NCBI GenBank assembly: GCA_937902925.1
Contig: CALFNN010000080.1
Location: 1 to 64,000, forward strand
From: an uncultured Opitutaceae bacterium
Lineage (GTDB): Bacteria; Verrucomicrobiota; Verrucomicrobiia; Opitutales; Opitutaceae
Length of the DNA: 64,000 nt
Direction of reading: 5' to 3'
Shown here: piece after piece, positions 48,605-58,053 of the stretch
Numbering within the stretch: position 1 is the first letter of the stretch
Layout of the letters: every line of letters starts with the position of its first letter
Translations under genes and position numbers: made by a program
Notes under the pieces: model-generated
What the model saw: the letters and a program-made list of their open reading frames with translations, nothing else
What the model was told of the DNA's origin: nothing
The model's database searches: none

Positions 48605-51600
48605 TCAGCTTTCCAGGACGATGAGGGTTTCGCCGGCGTTGACGGGGCGGCCTTCGGCGCAGCGGATTTCGCGGACTTTGCCTGCGCGGCTGGCGACGAC
48701 GGTGATTTCCATCTTCATCGATTCGAGGATCACGAGCGCGTCACCCTCGTTGACGGCGGCGCCGGCGGCGACGGCGATTTTCCAGACGTTGCCGGGGATA
48801 TGGGCGATCACGGCGGTGCAGCCGGCGGGAATCGCCTGCTCGTCGACGGCGGCGGCCGAATCGGATTCGGAGGAGAAGTTGAGCTGGCCGGAAATCTCCC
48901 AGCGATGGCGCTCGGCCTCGAAGGCGGCCTGCTGGCGGGATTTGGCGGCGGCGATCGTAGCGGCGTTGGCGGCGAGAAATTTTTCGTAGTCGCGGAGACG
49001 GAAGGTCGTTTGCTCGATTTTCAGCTGCGCGCGACCGTGGGTAAAATCTTCACGGAACTTCGTGAGCTCGGCGTTCGTGACCGGATAGAAACGAATCTGG
49101 TCGAAGAAGCGGAGGAGCCACGGGTGGCCGTCGGTGAACTCGGCGGTTTGCTTGTAGCGGTTCCACATCTGGCAGGTGCGGCCGATGAACTGGTAGCCAC
49201 CGGGGCCCTCCATGCCGTAGACGCAGAGGTAGGCGCCGCCGATGCCGACGGCGTTTTCCGGCGTCCAGGTGCGGGCAGGATTGTATTTCGTGGTGACGAG
49301 ACGGTGGCGCGGATCGACCGGGGTGGCGACGGGGGCGCCGAGGTAAACGTCGCCGAGCGCGAGGACGAGGTAGCTTGCCTCGAAGGCGATGCGGTGGACG
49401 TCGGCGACGGAATCGAGGCCGTTGATGCGGCGGATGAACTCGATGTTGCTGGGGCACCACGGCGCGTCCTTGCGGACGATCTGCATGTATTTGCGGATCG
49501 CGAGAAGGGTGGACTCGTCCTCCCAGGAGAGCGGCAGGTGAACGATGCGCGAGGGCACCTCGATGTCGTCGACGGCGGGGAGTTCGGACTCGGCGCGGAG
49601 CAGAATCTCCATCAGGCGTTCGAGCGGAAGCAGGCGGGCGTCGAAATGAATTTGGAGCGAGCGGATGCCGGGCGTGAGGTCGACGATGCCGGGGAGGTGG
49701 TGGCGTTCGAGCCAGGTTTGGAGCGCGTGGACGCGCATCCGGAGCGCGATGTCGAGGACGAGCGGACCGTATTCGACGAGGAGGTAGGCGTCGCCGGCGC
49801 GGCGGTAGACGACCGCGGGGGCGGCGGGGCGGGCGGGGATGGCGTGGAGGATGGCGGGTTCGGAGGGCGAGGAATGACGAATGACGGATGACGAATGACG
49901 AATGGCGGAGAGGCGGAGGGATTCGATTTCGGCGTCCTGGGCGGTCGCGATGATCCGGGCTTGTTCGGCGGTGAGGGCACGGAAGCGGACCTTGTCGCCG
50001 GGCTTGAGCTGGCCGATTTTCCAGAGTTCGCCGCTGGCGATCGTCGCGGGACAGACGAAGCCGCCGCAACTCGGGCCGTCGGGGCCGAGGATGATCGGCA
50101 TGTCGCCGGTGAAATCGATCGCGCCGATCGCGTAGGCGTTGTCGTGGATGTTCGAAGGGTGCAGGCCGGCCTCGCCGCCGTCGCGGCGCGCCCACTGCGG
50201 TTTCGGGCCGATGAGGCGGACGCCGGTCCGGGCGGAGTTGTAGTGGACTTCGTAGATGGCGCTGAAGAGAGCGGCGATGTCGTCGTTGGTGAAAAAATCT
50301 GGCGCGCCGTGCGGGCCGTAGAGGACGCCGATATCCCAGTCGCGCGTGAGCGGCGAGTGGATCGAGGCGGGTGCGCGGAGGAGCGGAGCGGCGTCGGTCA
50401 CGCCGGCGGGCGTGGCGCGATTGACGCGAAGGACATCGCCGGTGCGGAGGGCGCGGCCGGAGTGACCGCCGAAGAGGCCGAGCGTGAAGGTGGATTTGCT
50501 GCCGAGGTAATCCGGGACGTCGAGGCCGTGGCGGATGGCGAGGTAGGCGCGGAGGCCGGGGCCGTCGACGGAAGCGAGTTGGAGGGTCTGGCCGCGTTTG
50601 ATGCGAAAGGCGCGATGAAAGGCGATGGGTTTGCCGTCGAGCGTCGCGGGCATGTGCGCGCCGGTGAGCGCGACGACGGCGGCCGTGTTGAAGCGGAGCC
50701 TGGGGCCGTTGACGGTGAGTTCGAGGCCGGCGGCGGTGTCGGGGTTGCCAACGAGACGGTTGGCGAGGCGGAACGAGCGGCCATCCATCGGGCCGGAGGG
50801 TGGAACACCGACGTCCCAATAGCCGAGGCGGCCGGGATAATCCTGCACGGTGGTCTGGGTGCCGCCCTCGAGGACGTCGATCGTCGAGGCGGCGTAGGGC
50901 AGCGTGGCGAGGTATTTGGTGGTGACGCCGCCGGCGCGAAACCCGGTGGAGGCGGCGATCTGGCGAAGGTAGTCGAGATTGGTTTCGAGGCCGTGGAGGC
51001 GGGTGTCGGCGAGGGCGGCGTCGAGGCGGGCGAGGGCATCGGCGCGGTCGGAACCGCGGACGATGATTTTCGCGAGGAGCGGATCGTAGAACGCGGAGAC
51101 CTCGGTGCCGCGCTCGATCCACGTCTCGATGCGGGCGGACGTGGCGAAATGGACGTCGGTGAGGGTGCCGGCGGCAGGTTGAAAGTTTTTGCCGGGATCC
51201 TCGGCGTAGACGCGGACCTGGATCGAGGCGCCGGTGGAGGCGGGCGTGAAGTTGGAAAGATCAAGTTCGCCGGCGGCGGCGCGAAGCATCCATTCGACAA
51301 GATCGATGCCGGTGACTTCCTCGGTGACGCCGTGCTCGACCTGGAGGCGCGTGTTGACTTCGAGAAAATAGAATTCGCCGGTGGCGTTGTCGTAGACGAA
51401 TTCGACGGTGCCGGCGTTCTGGTAGCCGGCGGCGGCGCCGAGGCGGGCGGCGCAATCGAGGAGGCGCGTGCGCTGCGCGGGCGACAGGCCGGGAGCGGGC
51501 GTCTCCTCGATGACCTTCTGGTTGCGGCGCTGGACGGAGCAGTCGCGTTCGCCGACGGCGACGACGTGGCCGCGGCCGTCGCCGAAAATCTGGACCTCGA

Positions 51601-52222
51601 TGTGGCGGGCGTGCTCGACGAATTTCTCGAGGAAGATGCCGCCCTCCTTGAAATTGTTTTTCGCGAGGCGGCCGACGGCGGCGAAGGCGGCGGAGAGCTC
51701 GGCGGGCTGGCGGATGAGCGACATGCCGATGCCGCCGCCGCCGGCGGTGGACTTGAGCATGACGGGGTAGCCGATGCGCGCGGCCTCGGCGCGGGCGTGA
51801 GCCTCGTCGCGGAGAAGTTCGGAGCCGGGGAGGAGGGGGACGTTTTGTTTTTGCGCGATGGCGCGGGCGGCGTGCTTGAGCCCGAACATGCGCATCTGGT
51901 CGCCAGTGGGGCCGATGAAGACGAGGCCGGCGGCGGCGCAGGCGTCGGCGAAGGCGGGATTTTCGGAGAGGAAACCGTAGCCGGGATGGATGGCTTGAGC
52001 GCCGGTGGCTTTGGCGGCGGCGATGATCTTGTCGGCGTCGAGGTAAGACTGAGCGGCAGGAGCGGGGCCGAGGTGGACGGATTCGTCGGCTTGCTGGACG
52101 TGGAGGGAGTGCCGGTCGGCGTCGGAGTAAACGGCGACGGACGCGATGCCCATGTGCCGCAAGGTGCGAATCACACGGCAGGCGATGGCGCCGCGGTTGG
52201 CGATGAGGACTTTGGAAAACAT
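48605..52222 (-). CDS. uca: urea carboxylase (biotin carboxylase + carboxyltransferase/AHS domains + biotinyl domain)
   Basis: N-terminal biotin carboxylase (MFSKVLIANRGAIACRVIRT), central allophanate-hydrolase-subunit-like domains, C-terminal biotin attachment motif EAMKM variant ESMKMEI. Confidence 0.9.
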   Translation of the reverse strand: MFSKVLIANRGAIACRVIRTLRHMGIASVAVYSDADRHSLHVQQADESVHLGPAPAAQSYLDADKIIAAAKATGAQAIHPGYGFLSENPAFADACAAAGLVFIGPTGDQMRMFGLKHAARAIAQKQNVPLLPGSELLRDEAHARAEAARIGYPVMLKSTAGGGGIGMSLIRQPAELSAAFAAVGRLAKNNFKEGGIFLEKFVEHARHIEVQIFGDGRGHVVAVGERDCSVQRRNQKVIEETPAPGLSPAQRTRLLDCAARLGAAAGYQNAGTVEFVYDNATGEFYFLEVNTRLQVEHGVTEEVTGIDLVEWMLRAAAGELDLSNFTPASTGASIQVRVYAEDPGKNFQPAAGTLTDVHFATSARIETWIERGTEVSAFYDPLLAKIIVRGSDRADALARLDAALADTRLHGLETNLDYLRQIAASTGFRAGGVTTKYLATLPYAASTIDVLEGGTQTTVQDYPGRLGYWDVGVPPSGPMDGRSFRLANRLVGNPDTAAGLELTVNGPRLRFNTAAVVALTGAHMPATLDGKPIAFHRAFRIKRGQTLQLASVDGPGLRAYLAIRHGLDVPDYLGSKSTFTLGLFGGHSGRALRTGDVLRVNRATPAGVTDAAPLLRAPASIHSPLTRDWDIGVLYGPHGAPDFFTNDDIAALFSAIYEVHYNSARTGVRLIGPKPQWARRDGGEAGLHPSNIHDNAYAIGAIDFTGDMPIILGPDGPSCGGFVCPATIASGELWKIGQLKPGDKVRFRALTAEQARIIATAQDAEIESLRLSAIRHSSSVIRHSSPSEPAILHAIPARPAAPAVVYRRAGDAYLLVEYGPLVLDIALRMRVHALQTWLERHHLPGIVDLTPGIRSLQIHFDARLLPLERLMEILLRAESELPAVDDIEVPSRIVHLPLSWEDESTLLAIRKYMQIVRKDAPWCPSNIEFIRRINGLDSVADVHRIAFEASYLVLALGDVYLGAPVATPVDPRHRLVTTKYNPARTWTPENAVGIGGAYLCVYGMEGPGGYQFIGRTCQMWNRYKQTAEFTDGHPWLLRFFDQIRFYPVTNAELTKFREDFTHGRAQLKIEQTTFRLRDYEKFLAANAATIAAAKSRQQAAFEAERHRWEISGQLNFSSESDSAAAVDEQAIPAGCTAVIAHIPGNVWKIAVAAGAAVNEGDALVILESMKMEITVVASRAGKVREIRCAEGRPVNAGETLIVLES

Positions 52223-52228
52223 CGGAAA

Positions 52229-52332
52229 GGTGTCTCGCGAAGGATTCGAAGGGGACGAAGGTTCGAAAAAAGGAGAGCCGGAATATCTCTACTGGATTGG
52301 ACGTTCGCTTCCTTCGTATCCCTCGCGAGACA
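52229..52332. repeat. CGAAGG-unit imperfect hairpin element immediately upstream of uca start
   Basis: Arms gtgtctcgcgaaggattcgaaggggacgaagg and cgttcgcttccttcgtatccctcgcgagacat; same family as 48487-48590; single arms at 52743-52780, 54805-54837, 45450-45500. Confidence 0.65.
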
Positions 52333-52340
52333 TGGGATTA

Positions 52341-52742
52341 TCAGGCGAAGAAATCTTTTCCCTCGGCTCCGTTCGTGACGCGCGTGATGCCGTTTTTGAG
52401 ATGAACTTCGTTGAAGTTGATGAGGAACCCGAGCTGGAGCGGGATCAGGCGAAGGTAATTCCAAGTCGTCTTCTTGAAGAGGTCGGTGACTTGAGCCACG
52501 GACTTCAGCTCGACCAAGACGAGATTGTCGATGATGAGGTCGGCGCGAAAGCCGACTTCCTCCAGCAGTTCACCATCGTAAAAAACAGGAATCGGTTTCT
52601 GTCGTTCGATTTGGTGACCAAGCTTTCGGAGTTCCTTCGCCATCGCGGTTTCGCAAGCGGACTCCAGCAGACCCGGCCCGAGTTTCGTGTGGGCTTTGAA
52701 CGCGGCATCTAACGCGGCTTTTCCAACGATCTCTTGGTTCAT
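52341..52742 (-). CDS. GxxExxY protein (PD-(D/E)XK-like small protein)
   Basis: LGPGLLESACETAMAKELRKLGH...FRADLIIDNLVLVELKSV...LQLGFLINFN is the GxxExxY family pattern. Only the C-terminal 133 aa of track ORF 52341-53351 are genic. Confidence 0.8.
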   Translation of the reverse strand: MNQEIVGKAALDAAFKAHTKLGPGLLESACETAMAKELRKLGHQIERQKPIPVFYDGELLEEVGFRADLIIDNLVLVELKSVAQVTDLFKKTTWNYLRLIPLQLGFLINFNEVHLKNGITRVTNGAEGKDFFA

Positions 52743-52780
52743 GATTCCTTCGTTTCCTTCGGACCCTTCGCGAGACACCC

Positions 52781-53416
52781 TCAGGGATTCCAGATCAGGA
52801 CCTCGATCGGCGTCGGGTTGTAGGCGTTGCAGGGGTTGTTGAGCTGGGGGCAGTTCGAGATCACGCAGACGACGTCGCGCTCGGCGCGGAGTTCGACGTA
52901 GTAGCCCGGGGCGCTGACGCCGTCGGCGAAGGTGAGGCGGCCGTCGGGCGTCACAGGGACGTTCATGAAGAAATTGATGTTCGGGGCGACGTCGCGCTTG
53001 CCGAGATCGGGGCGCCAGGCGTGGACGCCGCAAATGAAGCTGTCGCGACAGGCGTGCATGAACTCCTTGTCGTGGGCGTAGCGCATCGTGTTGCTCTCGC
53101 GGGAGCAGGCGCCGCCGAGCGTGTCGTGTCGGCCGCAGGTGTCGGCGACGATGGTAAGAAGCGGGTCGCCGAGCTGGGAGTAGAGCGTTGTCCCGGTGCT
53201 GAGATAGAGCGCGGCCTGACGCTGGACGGTGTCGCTCGCGCTGTAGCGGTTGAACGGATCGTGCGCGTCGTAGAAGAGAGTGTCCGCGGCCTGGTTGCCC
53301 TCGAGGTCGACGATGCGGAGGATCTGGCCGCGTTTGATTTCGTGCGACCACGGATCGCCGGCGGGGATGACATGGCGATAAAGAGCCACGGTTGGATCGA
53401 GCGTGCTGGTGGTCAT
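52781..53416 (-). CDS. urea carboxylase-associated protein (DUF1989 family), copy 2
   Basis: 211 aa ([40 protein letters not shown]...) with the cupin-like DUF1989 pattern. Paired with the adjacent paralog next to urea carboxylase, as in the known uca cluster. Confidence 0.75.
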   Translation of the reverse strand: MTTSTLDPTVALYRHVIPAGDPWSHEIKRGQILRIVDLEGNQAADTLFYDAHDPFNRYSASDTVQRQAALYLSTGTTLYSQLGDPLLTIVADTCGRHDTLGGACSRESNTMRYAHDKEFMHACRDSFICGVHAWRPDLGKRDVAPNINFFMNVPVTPDGRLTFADGVSAPGYYVELRAERDVVCVISNCPQLNNPCNAYNPTPIEVLIWNP

Positions 53417-53421
53417 GGCGA

Positions 53422-54177
53422 TCAATCGCGGAGGGCGTGGTAGGTTTCGGTGTTCGCGAAGGCGCGGACGTTTTCGGGGCGGGAGCGGCGGCACGCGTCG
53501 TCGGGAGCGGGAGGCGAAGTGCGGAAGACCTCGAGGCGGACGGAGCGCGGGTGATAGGCGGGATCGGGATCGAGCGGATGCTGGCAGGTGTTGAGGACGA
53601 CGAGCGTGTCGAGTTCGAAGCGCAGGTCGACGTGGGCGCCGGGTGGCGAGTTGTCGGGCACGAAGGTGAGGCGGCCGGTATCGTCGGCGACGACCTTGCT
53701 GAAAAGATTGAGGTTGGGGACGAGGTCGCGCGGGCCGAGGCCCCATTTCGCCAGTTCGATGAGAAAGCAGTCGCGGGCGTTGCGATGCCAGTCGTTGCGG
53801 GCGGTCTGATAGTTTTTCAGGCCGTATTTTTTCGCGACGAGGCTGGCGTCGGAGCAGCCGCAGACGGTGTCGTGCCAGCCGGCGGTGTCCGCGGTGATCG
53901 AGGCGAGGATGCGGCCCATGTCGGAGTGGAGGCAGTAGGGCGCGCGGAGATAGAAAATGTGCTGGCCCTTGAGCGTGTCGGGGAGGTTGTAGCGCTCGGT
54001 CGGAACGTCGGCGTGATAGAGGAGGAGGCCGACGTTGGCGCCGCCGTCGAGATCGGTGAGGCGGAGGGTCTTGCCGCGGGAGAGCACGGCGGACCACATG
54101 CCGGCGTGGGTGAGCGTGCGGGCGAAGATCGGGGCGGCGGGCGCGGGGTCGATGATGAGGTCGGGAGCGGCGGGCAT
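53422..54177 (-). CDS. urea carboxylase-associated protein (DUF1989 family), copy 1
   Basis: 251 aa, paralog of the downstream gene ([19 protein letters not shown]...). Stop 5 nt upstream of the copy-2 start. Confidence 0.75.
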   Translation of the reverse strand: MPAAPDLIIDPAPAAPIFARTLTHAGMWSAVLSRGKTLRLTDLDGGANVGLLLYHADVPTERYNLPDTLKGQHIFYLRAPYCLHSDMGRILASITADTAGWHDTVCGCSDASLVAKKYGLKNYQTARNDWHRNARDCFLIELAKWGLGPRDLVPNLNLFSKVVADDTGRLTFVPDNSPPGAHVDLRFELDTLVVLNTCQHPLDPDPAYHPRSVRLEVFRTSPPAPDDACRRSRPENVRAFANTETYHALRD

Positions 54178-54359
54178 GGCGGGCGGGGGAGGAATGGGAC
54201 CGACGGGACGAATGGGACCAATGGGACGGATAGGGTGGGTGGAGATGGCGGATGGAAACGGGAGGATGTTACGATTATTTATATTCGTGTGCTGACAAGA
54301 GCAGAGCGCGGGCCAAACCCGAGACGGCGTGCGGCGGGCAAGACCGTGCGAGCGAGGCG

Positions 54360-54797
54360 CTACAGGAGCGGCGGCATCGCGGTGGCGGTGAGGTTCAGGC
54401 GGGCGTGCTTCACGCCCTTGCAGGCGGCGAGCGTGTCGGCAAGGCTGCGCAGATCGCGGGCGGGACCCTGCACGAGGAGCACCTCGAGATAGTGATGGTG
54501 CTCGAGATGGACGTGGGTCGAGGTGACGACCATGAGATAATTCTGGTGCTGGATGTCGGCGAGCTTCCGCTGGAGATTTCGTTTCCGATAGTCGTAAACG
54601 AGGCTGATCGTGCCGGCCATCGACTTGGTGCCGAGCTCCTGCGCGTGCTCGATCAATTGCTCGCGGGCCATCTCGGCGATGGCGTGGGAGCGGTTGGGGA
54701 GCTGACGACGGGTGACCATGTCGTCGAGCTCGTCGAGGAGGTCGGCGGGGAGCGAGACGCTGAAGCGGGCGAGCTGGGGGCGGCGGGCGGCGGTCAT
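54360..54797 (-). CDS. nikR: nickel-responsive transcriptional regulator NikR
   Basis: Ribbon-helix-helix N-terminus ([38 protein letters not shown]) plus C-terminal ACT-like domain with the His/Cys nickel site ([21 protein letters not shown]...[10 protein letters not shown]). Confidence 0.8.
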   Translation of the reverse strand: MTAARRPQLARFSVSLPADLLDELDDMVTRRQLPNRSHAIAEMAREQLIEHAQELGTKSMAGTISLVYDYRKRNLQRKLADIQHQNYLMVVTSTHVHLEHHHYLEVLLVQGPARDLRSLADTLAACKGVKHARLNLTATAMPPLL

Positions 54798-54884
54798 GGG
54801 CGGGGTGTCTCGCGAAGGGAGCGAAGGGCGGAGGAGGCAGACTTCATGGCCGGGAGGGTTTGCGCAAGACGTGGCGGTCGCGGG

Positions 54885-55793
54885 CTATTCGACATCATCG
54901 CCGACCTGCGTCAGGCGGACGATGGGAAGTTTTTCCACGGCGGATTCGGTGCGGGGGTGGATGAGTTCGTCGATGCGACGGCGGGTGGCGAGGAACTCGG
55001 GCGCGGTGAACTGGTCGGCGTGACGCGGGCGCGGGACGGAGACCTCGATGAGTTCCTGCACCTCGCCCGGGTGCGCCTTGAGCACGAGGATGCGGTCGGC
55101 AAGCAGCACGGCCTCGTCGAGGTCGTGCGTGATGAAGAGGATGGTGACGTCGACGTTGCGCCAGATTTCCATCAGGTGCATCTGCATCTGGCAGCGGGTC
55201 TGGGCGTCGAGGGCGCCGAACGGTTCGTCCATGAGCAGAATCCGGGGCTGGGCGGCGAGGGCGCGGGCGATGGCGGTGCGTTGCTTCATCCCGCCGGAGA
55301 GTTGCGCGGGATAGGAATCCTGAAAACGCGAGAGGCCGACGAGATCGATCCACTGGCGGGCCTCGCTGTCGGCCTGACTGAGCGACATGCCTTTCATCGT
55401 GAGCCCGAACATCACGTTGCGCTTTACGGTGAGCCACGGGAAGAGCGTGTAGCCCTGAAACACCATGCCGCGATCGGGGCCGGGGCCGTGGACCTCGTGG
55501 CCGTCGAGCAGGATCCGGCCCGAGGTCGGCTGCTCGAGGCCGGCGACGAGGCGGATGAGGGTGGACTTGCCGCAGCCCGAGGGCCCGATCACGCAGATGA
55601 ATTCGCGCCGATGGACGCGAAACGAAACGTCGCGCAGCGCGGTGACGATGCCGCCATCGTTGCCGGCGAACTGGCGGCCGAGGTGCTCGACGTCGAGAAC
55701 GACGGGGCGTTCCTTCAGCCGGCGGAAACGATCGGCGACCGCGGGCGATTGCGCGCGATAGTCGGGCAGGAAATCTTCGACCGGAGCGCTCAC
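54885..55793 (-). CDS. ABC transporter ATP-binding protein (NitT/TauT family)
   Basis: Walker [31 protein letters not shown], Walker [16 protein letters not shown] start overlapping the permease stop (GTGA). Confidence 0.85.
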   Translation of the reverse strand: MSAPVEDFLPDYRAQSPAVADRFRRLKERPVVLDVEHLGRQFAGNDGGIVTALRDVSFRVHRREFICVIGPSGCGKSTLIRLVAGLEQPTSGRILLDGHEVHGPGPDRGMVFQGYTLFPWLTVKRNVMFGLTMKGMSLSQADSEARQWIDLVGLSRFQDSYPAQLSGGMKQRTAIARALAAQPRILLMDEPFGALDAQTRCQMQMHLMEIWRNVDVTILFITHDLDEAVLLADRILVLKAHPGEVQELIEVSVPRPRHADQFTAPEFLATRRRIDELIHPRTESAVEKLPIVRLTQVGDDVE

Positions 55794-56836
55794 GATCCCG
55801 TGGGAGGTTGGTCGTTGTCCGGGAACAGCAGCACGTCGCGCCCGGCGAAGAGCCGCTGGAAGAAATTGCGAATGCCGGTCGGGCGGGGATCCTTCCAGAC
55901 GAAGATCTGGCGGCCGAGAAACGCGAGGGCCTGGTCGGTGGTGAGCCCGATCACGCCGATGATGATGATGGCGGCGTAGACGTTGTCGAAGTTGCGGTAT
56001 TTGGCCTGCTGGTTGATGAAAAACGTGATTCCGCTGCTGACGCCGACGACCTCGGCGACGATGAGGTAGGTCCACGCCCAGCCGAGGAGGATGCGCTGGT
56101 CGTTGTAGATGTCGACAAGGCAGCTCGGGACGATGACGCGAAGCAGGAGCTGGCCGGGGCGGGCGCCGAGGGTTTGCGCGGCCTCGACGAGCGCGGGGTC
56201 GTGGCGGCGGACGGTGTTGGCGATGACGAGGACCTGTTGAAAAAACGTGCCGAGGACGATGATGGCGATCTTCGGCGCGTCGTAGATGCCGAGGACGGCG
56301 ACGGCGAGCGCGCCGAACGCCGGCGCTGGCATGTAGCGAACGAAATCGATCACCGGCTCGAAGAGGCGCGAGACCGGGCCATAGGCGCCGCAGACGATGC
56401 CGAGAGGGACGCCGACGAGCGACGAGATGACGAAGCCCCAGAAGATGGTCTTGATGCTGAGCGCGAGACTCTGGTGAAGCCACGGCTCGCCGCGGAGAAT
56501 CGGCGGCGTCGTGAAGGCGGTCCAGAATGCGCGACCGACCTCGTGCGGCGCGGGGAGAAAAACGGGATTCGCCGGCCGGCCGGTGGCGGCGTGGCCGCCG
56601 GCGGCGACGGCCTTCGCATTTTCCTCGGCGAAGGCCGGGCGCTCCACGAGGAGGCCCGGCTTGAACCACGCGACGTCACCCGGCGAATCGATCCGCATCA
56701 GCGGGTGCCAGATCCACGGCACGTAGCTGACGAGCGCCCAAAGCGCCAGCGGCAGGAGGAACGAGCAGGTCGTCAGGACCGCACGCAGGCGAGGCGAGGG
56801 CTCCCTGCCGATGGCCACCCAGCGGGCGCGAGACAT
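55790..56836 (-). CDS. ABC transporter permease (NitT/TauT family)
   Basis: Six TM helices with EAA-like loop ([23 protein letters not shown]). Confidence 0.8.
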   Translation of the reverse strand: MSRARWVAIGREPSPRLRAVLTTCSFLLPLALWALVSYVPWIWHPLMRIDSPGDVAWFKPGLLVERPAFAEENAKAVAAGGHAATGRPANPVFLPAPHEVGRAFWTAFTTPPILRGEPWLHQSLALSIKTIFWGFVISSLVGVPLGIVCGAYGPVSRLFEPVIDFVRYMPAPAFGALAVAVLGIYDAPKIAIIVLGTFFQQVLVIANTVRRHDPALVEAAQTLGARPGQLLLRVIVPSCLVDIYNDQRILLGWAWTYLIVAEVVGVSSGITFFINQQAKYRNFDNVYAAIIIIGVIGLTTDQALAFLGRQIFVWKDPRPTGIRNFFQRLFAGRDVLLFPDNDQPPTGS

Positions 56837-56872
56837 GAACGCGAGGTTGAACGGGCGCCGGTGGCCCGGGAA

Positions 56873-57868
56873 TTATTTTTTCGCGGCGGCGATGGCCTCG
56901 GCGGTGAGCTTGGCGTCGAAGTAAGTGGTGACGTTCTGCGACTCCTTGTAGACGCTGTTTTTCACGTTGAAATCGTTGGCGACGGCGGAGGAGCCGGCGA
57001 GCGAATTGAAGCCGGGGCCCTTCCTGGCGATGATTTTCGCGCTGTCCGCGAGCGTGAGAAAATGGGTGCCGCCGATGAACGCCGCATAGTCGGCGGGCGT
57101 GGAGCCGGTGCGCGCGGCCATGATCTTCAGGGCGTCGTCCTTCGTGGCCGGGTCGGTGATGTAGGCGAGGACCTTGTCCCAGACCGAGACGAGCTTCACC
57201 CATTCGGCGCGATGCTGCGCGAGGCTCTGCGGGGAGACGGCGATGGTGTCGTAGATGAGGCCGGGCTCGTTGGCGCTGGTGTAGATGGCGGTCGAGCCGG
57301 CGACGGCCTTGAGCGCCTGGCCGGCGTTGGGATTCCAGGCGGCGATGGCGTCGACCTGGCCCGAGGCGAAGACCTGCGGCGTCTGGTTGGTCGGCGTGTT
57401 GACGATGGTGAGATCGGCCTCGCTCATCCCGATTTTCTTGAGGGCGTTGAGCAGCATGAGGTGCTCGACGAGGCCGACCTCGAGGCCGATCTTCCTGCCC
57501 TTGAGCTCGGCGAGCGACTTGATGCCGGGCTTCGCGACGATCATGTCGTTGCCGTTCGAATAGTCGGTCAGCATGATGACGACGTTCTTCGCGCCGTTGG
57601 CGCCGGTGACGAGCGAGTCGCCGTTGGTGACCATGACGGCGTCGACCTTGCCGGCGGTGAACGCGTCCATCGACGGGGCGTATTCGAACCATGAAAATTC
57701 GGCGTCGACGCCGGCGTCCTTGAGCCAGCCCTTCTGGATGGCGACCTCCCACGCAACCCAGCCGGGCCAGTCGCTATAGGCGATTTTAAGCGGGGCGGCC
57801 GGCAGGATGGAAGGCAGCGCGGCGAGCACCGGAAGGGCGAGGCAGAGAAGGCGGCGGAGGAGCTTCAT
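56873..57868 (-). CDS. ABC transporter substrate-binding protein (NMT1/THI5-like, NitT/TauT family)
   Basis: Signal peptide then periplasmic binding fold (LKIAYSDWPGWVAWEVA...). Belongs with the permease/ATPase and the urea carboxylase region. Confidence 0.8.
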   Translation of the reverse strand: MKLLRRLLCLALPVLAALPSILPAAPLKIAYSDWPGWVAWEVAIQKGWLKDAGVDAEFSWFEYAPSMDAFTAGKVDAVMVTNGDSLVTGANGAKNVVIMLTDYSNGNDMIVAKPGIKSLAELKGRKIGLEVGLVEHLMLLNALKKIGMSEADLTIVNTPTNQTPQVFASGQVDAIAAWNPNAGQALKAVAGSTAIYTSANEPGLIYDTIAVSPQSLAQHRAEWVKLVSVWDKVLAYITDPATKDDALKIMAARTGSTPADYAAFIGGTHFLTLADSAKIIARKGPGFNSLAGSSAVANDFNVKNSVYKESQNVTTYFDAKLTAEAIAAAKK

Positions 57869-58018
57869 GGCGGGATCGTGTTACGAATGTTTTCGGGTGT
57901 GTTACGCCTCGGTTTCAGCACGTAGTGTGCCGGGCCATCGAGAATTTGCCCATGGGGTGGAGGCAGCGGCGCGGGCATCGATAGCGGCGCCGTGTCTGCC
58001 GGATGCCGCGCGGACGAC

Positions 58019-58044
58019 AAAAAAAGCCCGGCGGGTGGCCGGGC
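58019..58044 (-). terminator. rho-independent terminator after the DUF4340 gene
   Basis: Minus-strand RNA reads AGCCCGGCCACCCGCCGGGCU followed by UUUUUUU; 10 nt after the stop at 58054-58056. Confidence 0.6.
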
Positions 58045-58053
58045 TGGGAGGAA

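Noticed and set aside
54178-54359. Canonical NikR operator (GTATGA-N16-TCATAC) near nikR
   Set aside because: Not present; only weaker AT-rich and GTTACGA motifs, reported separately with low confidence.
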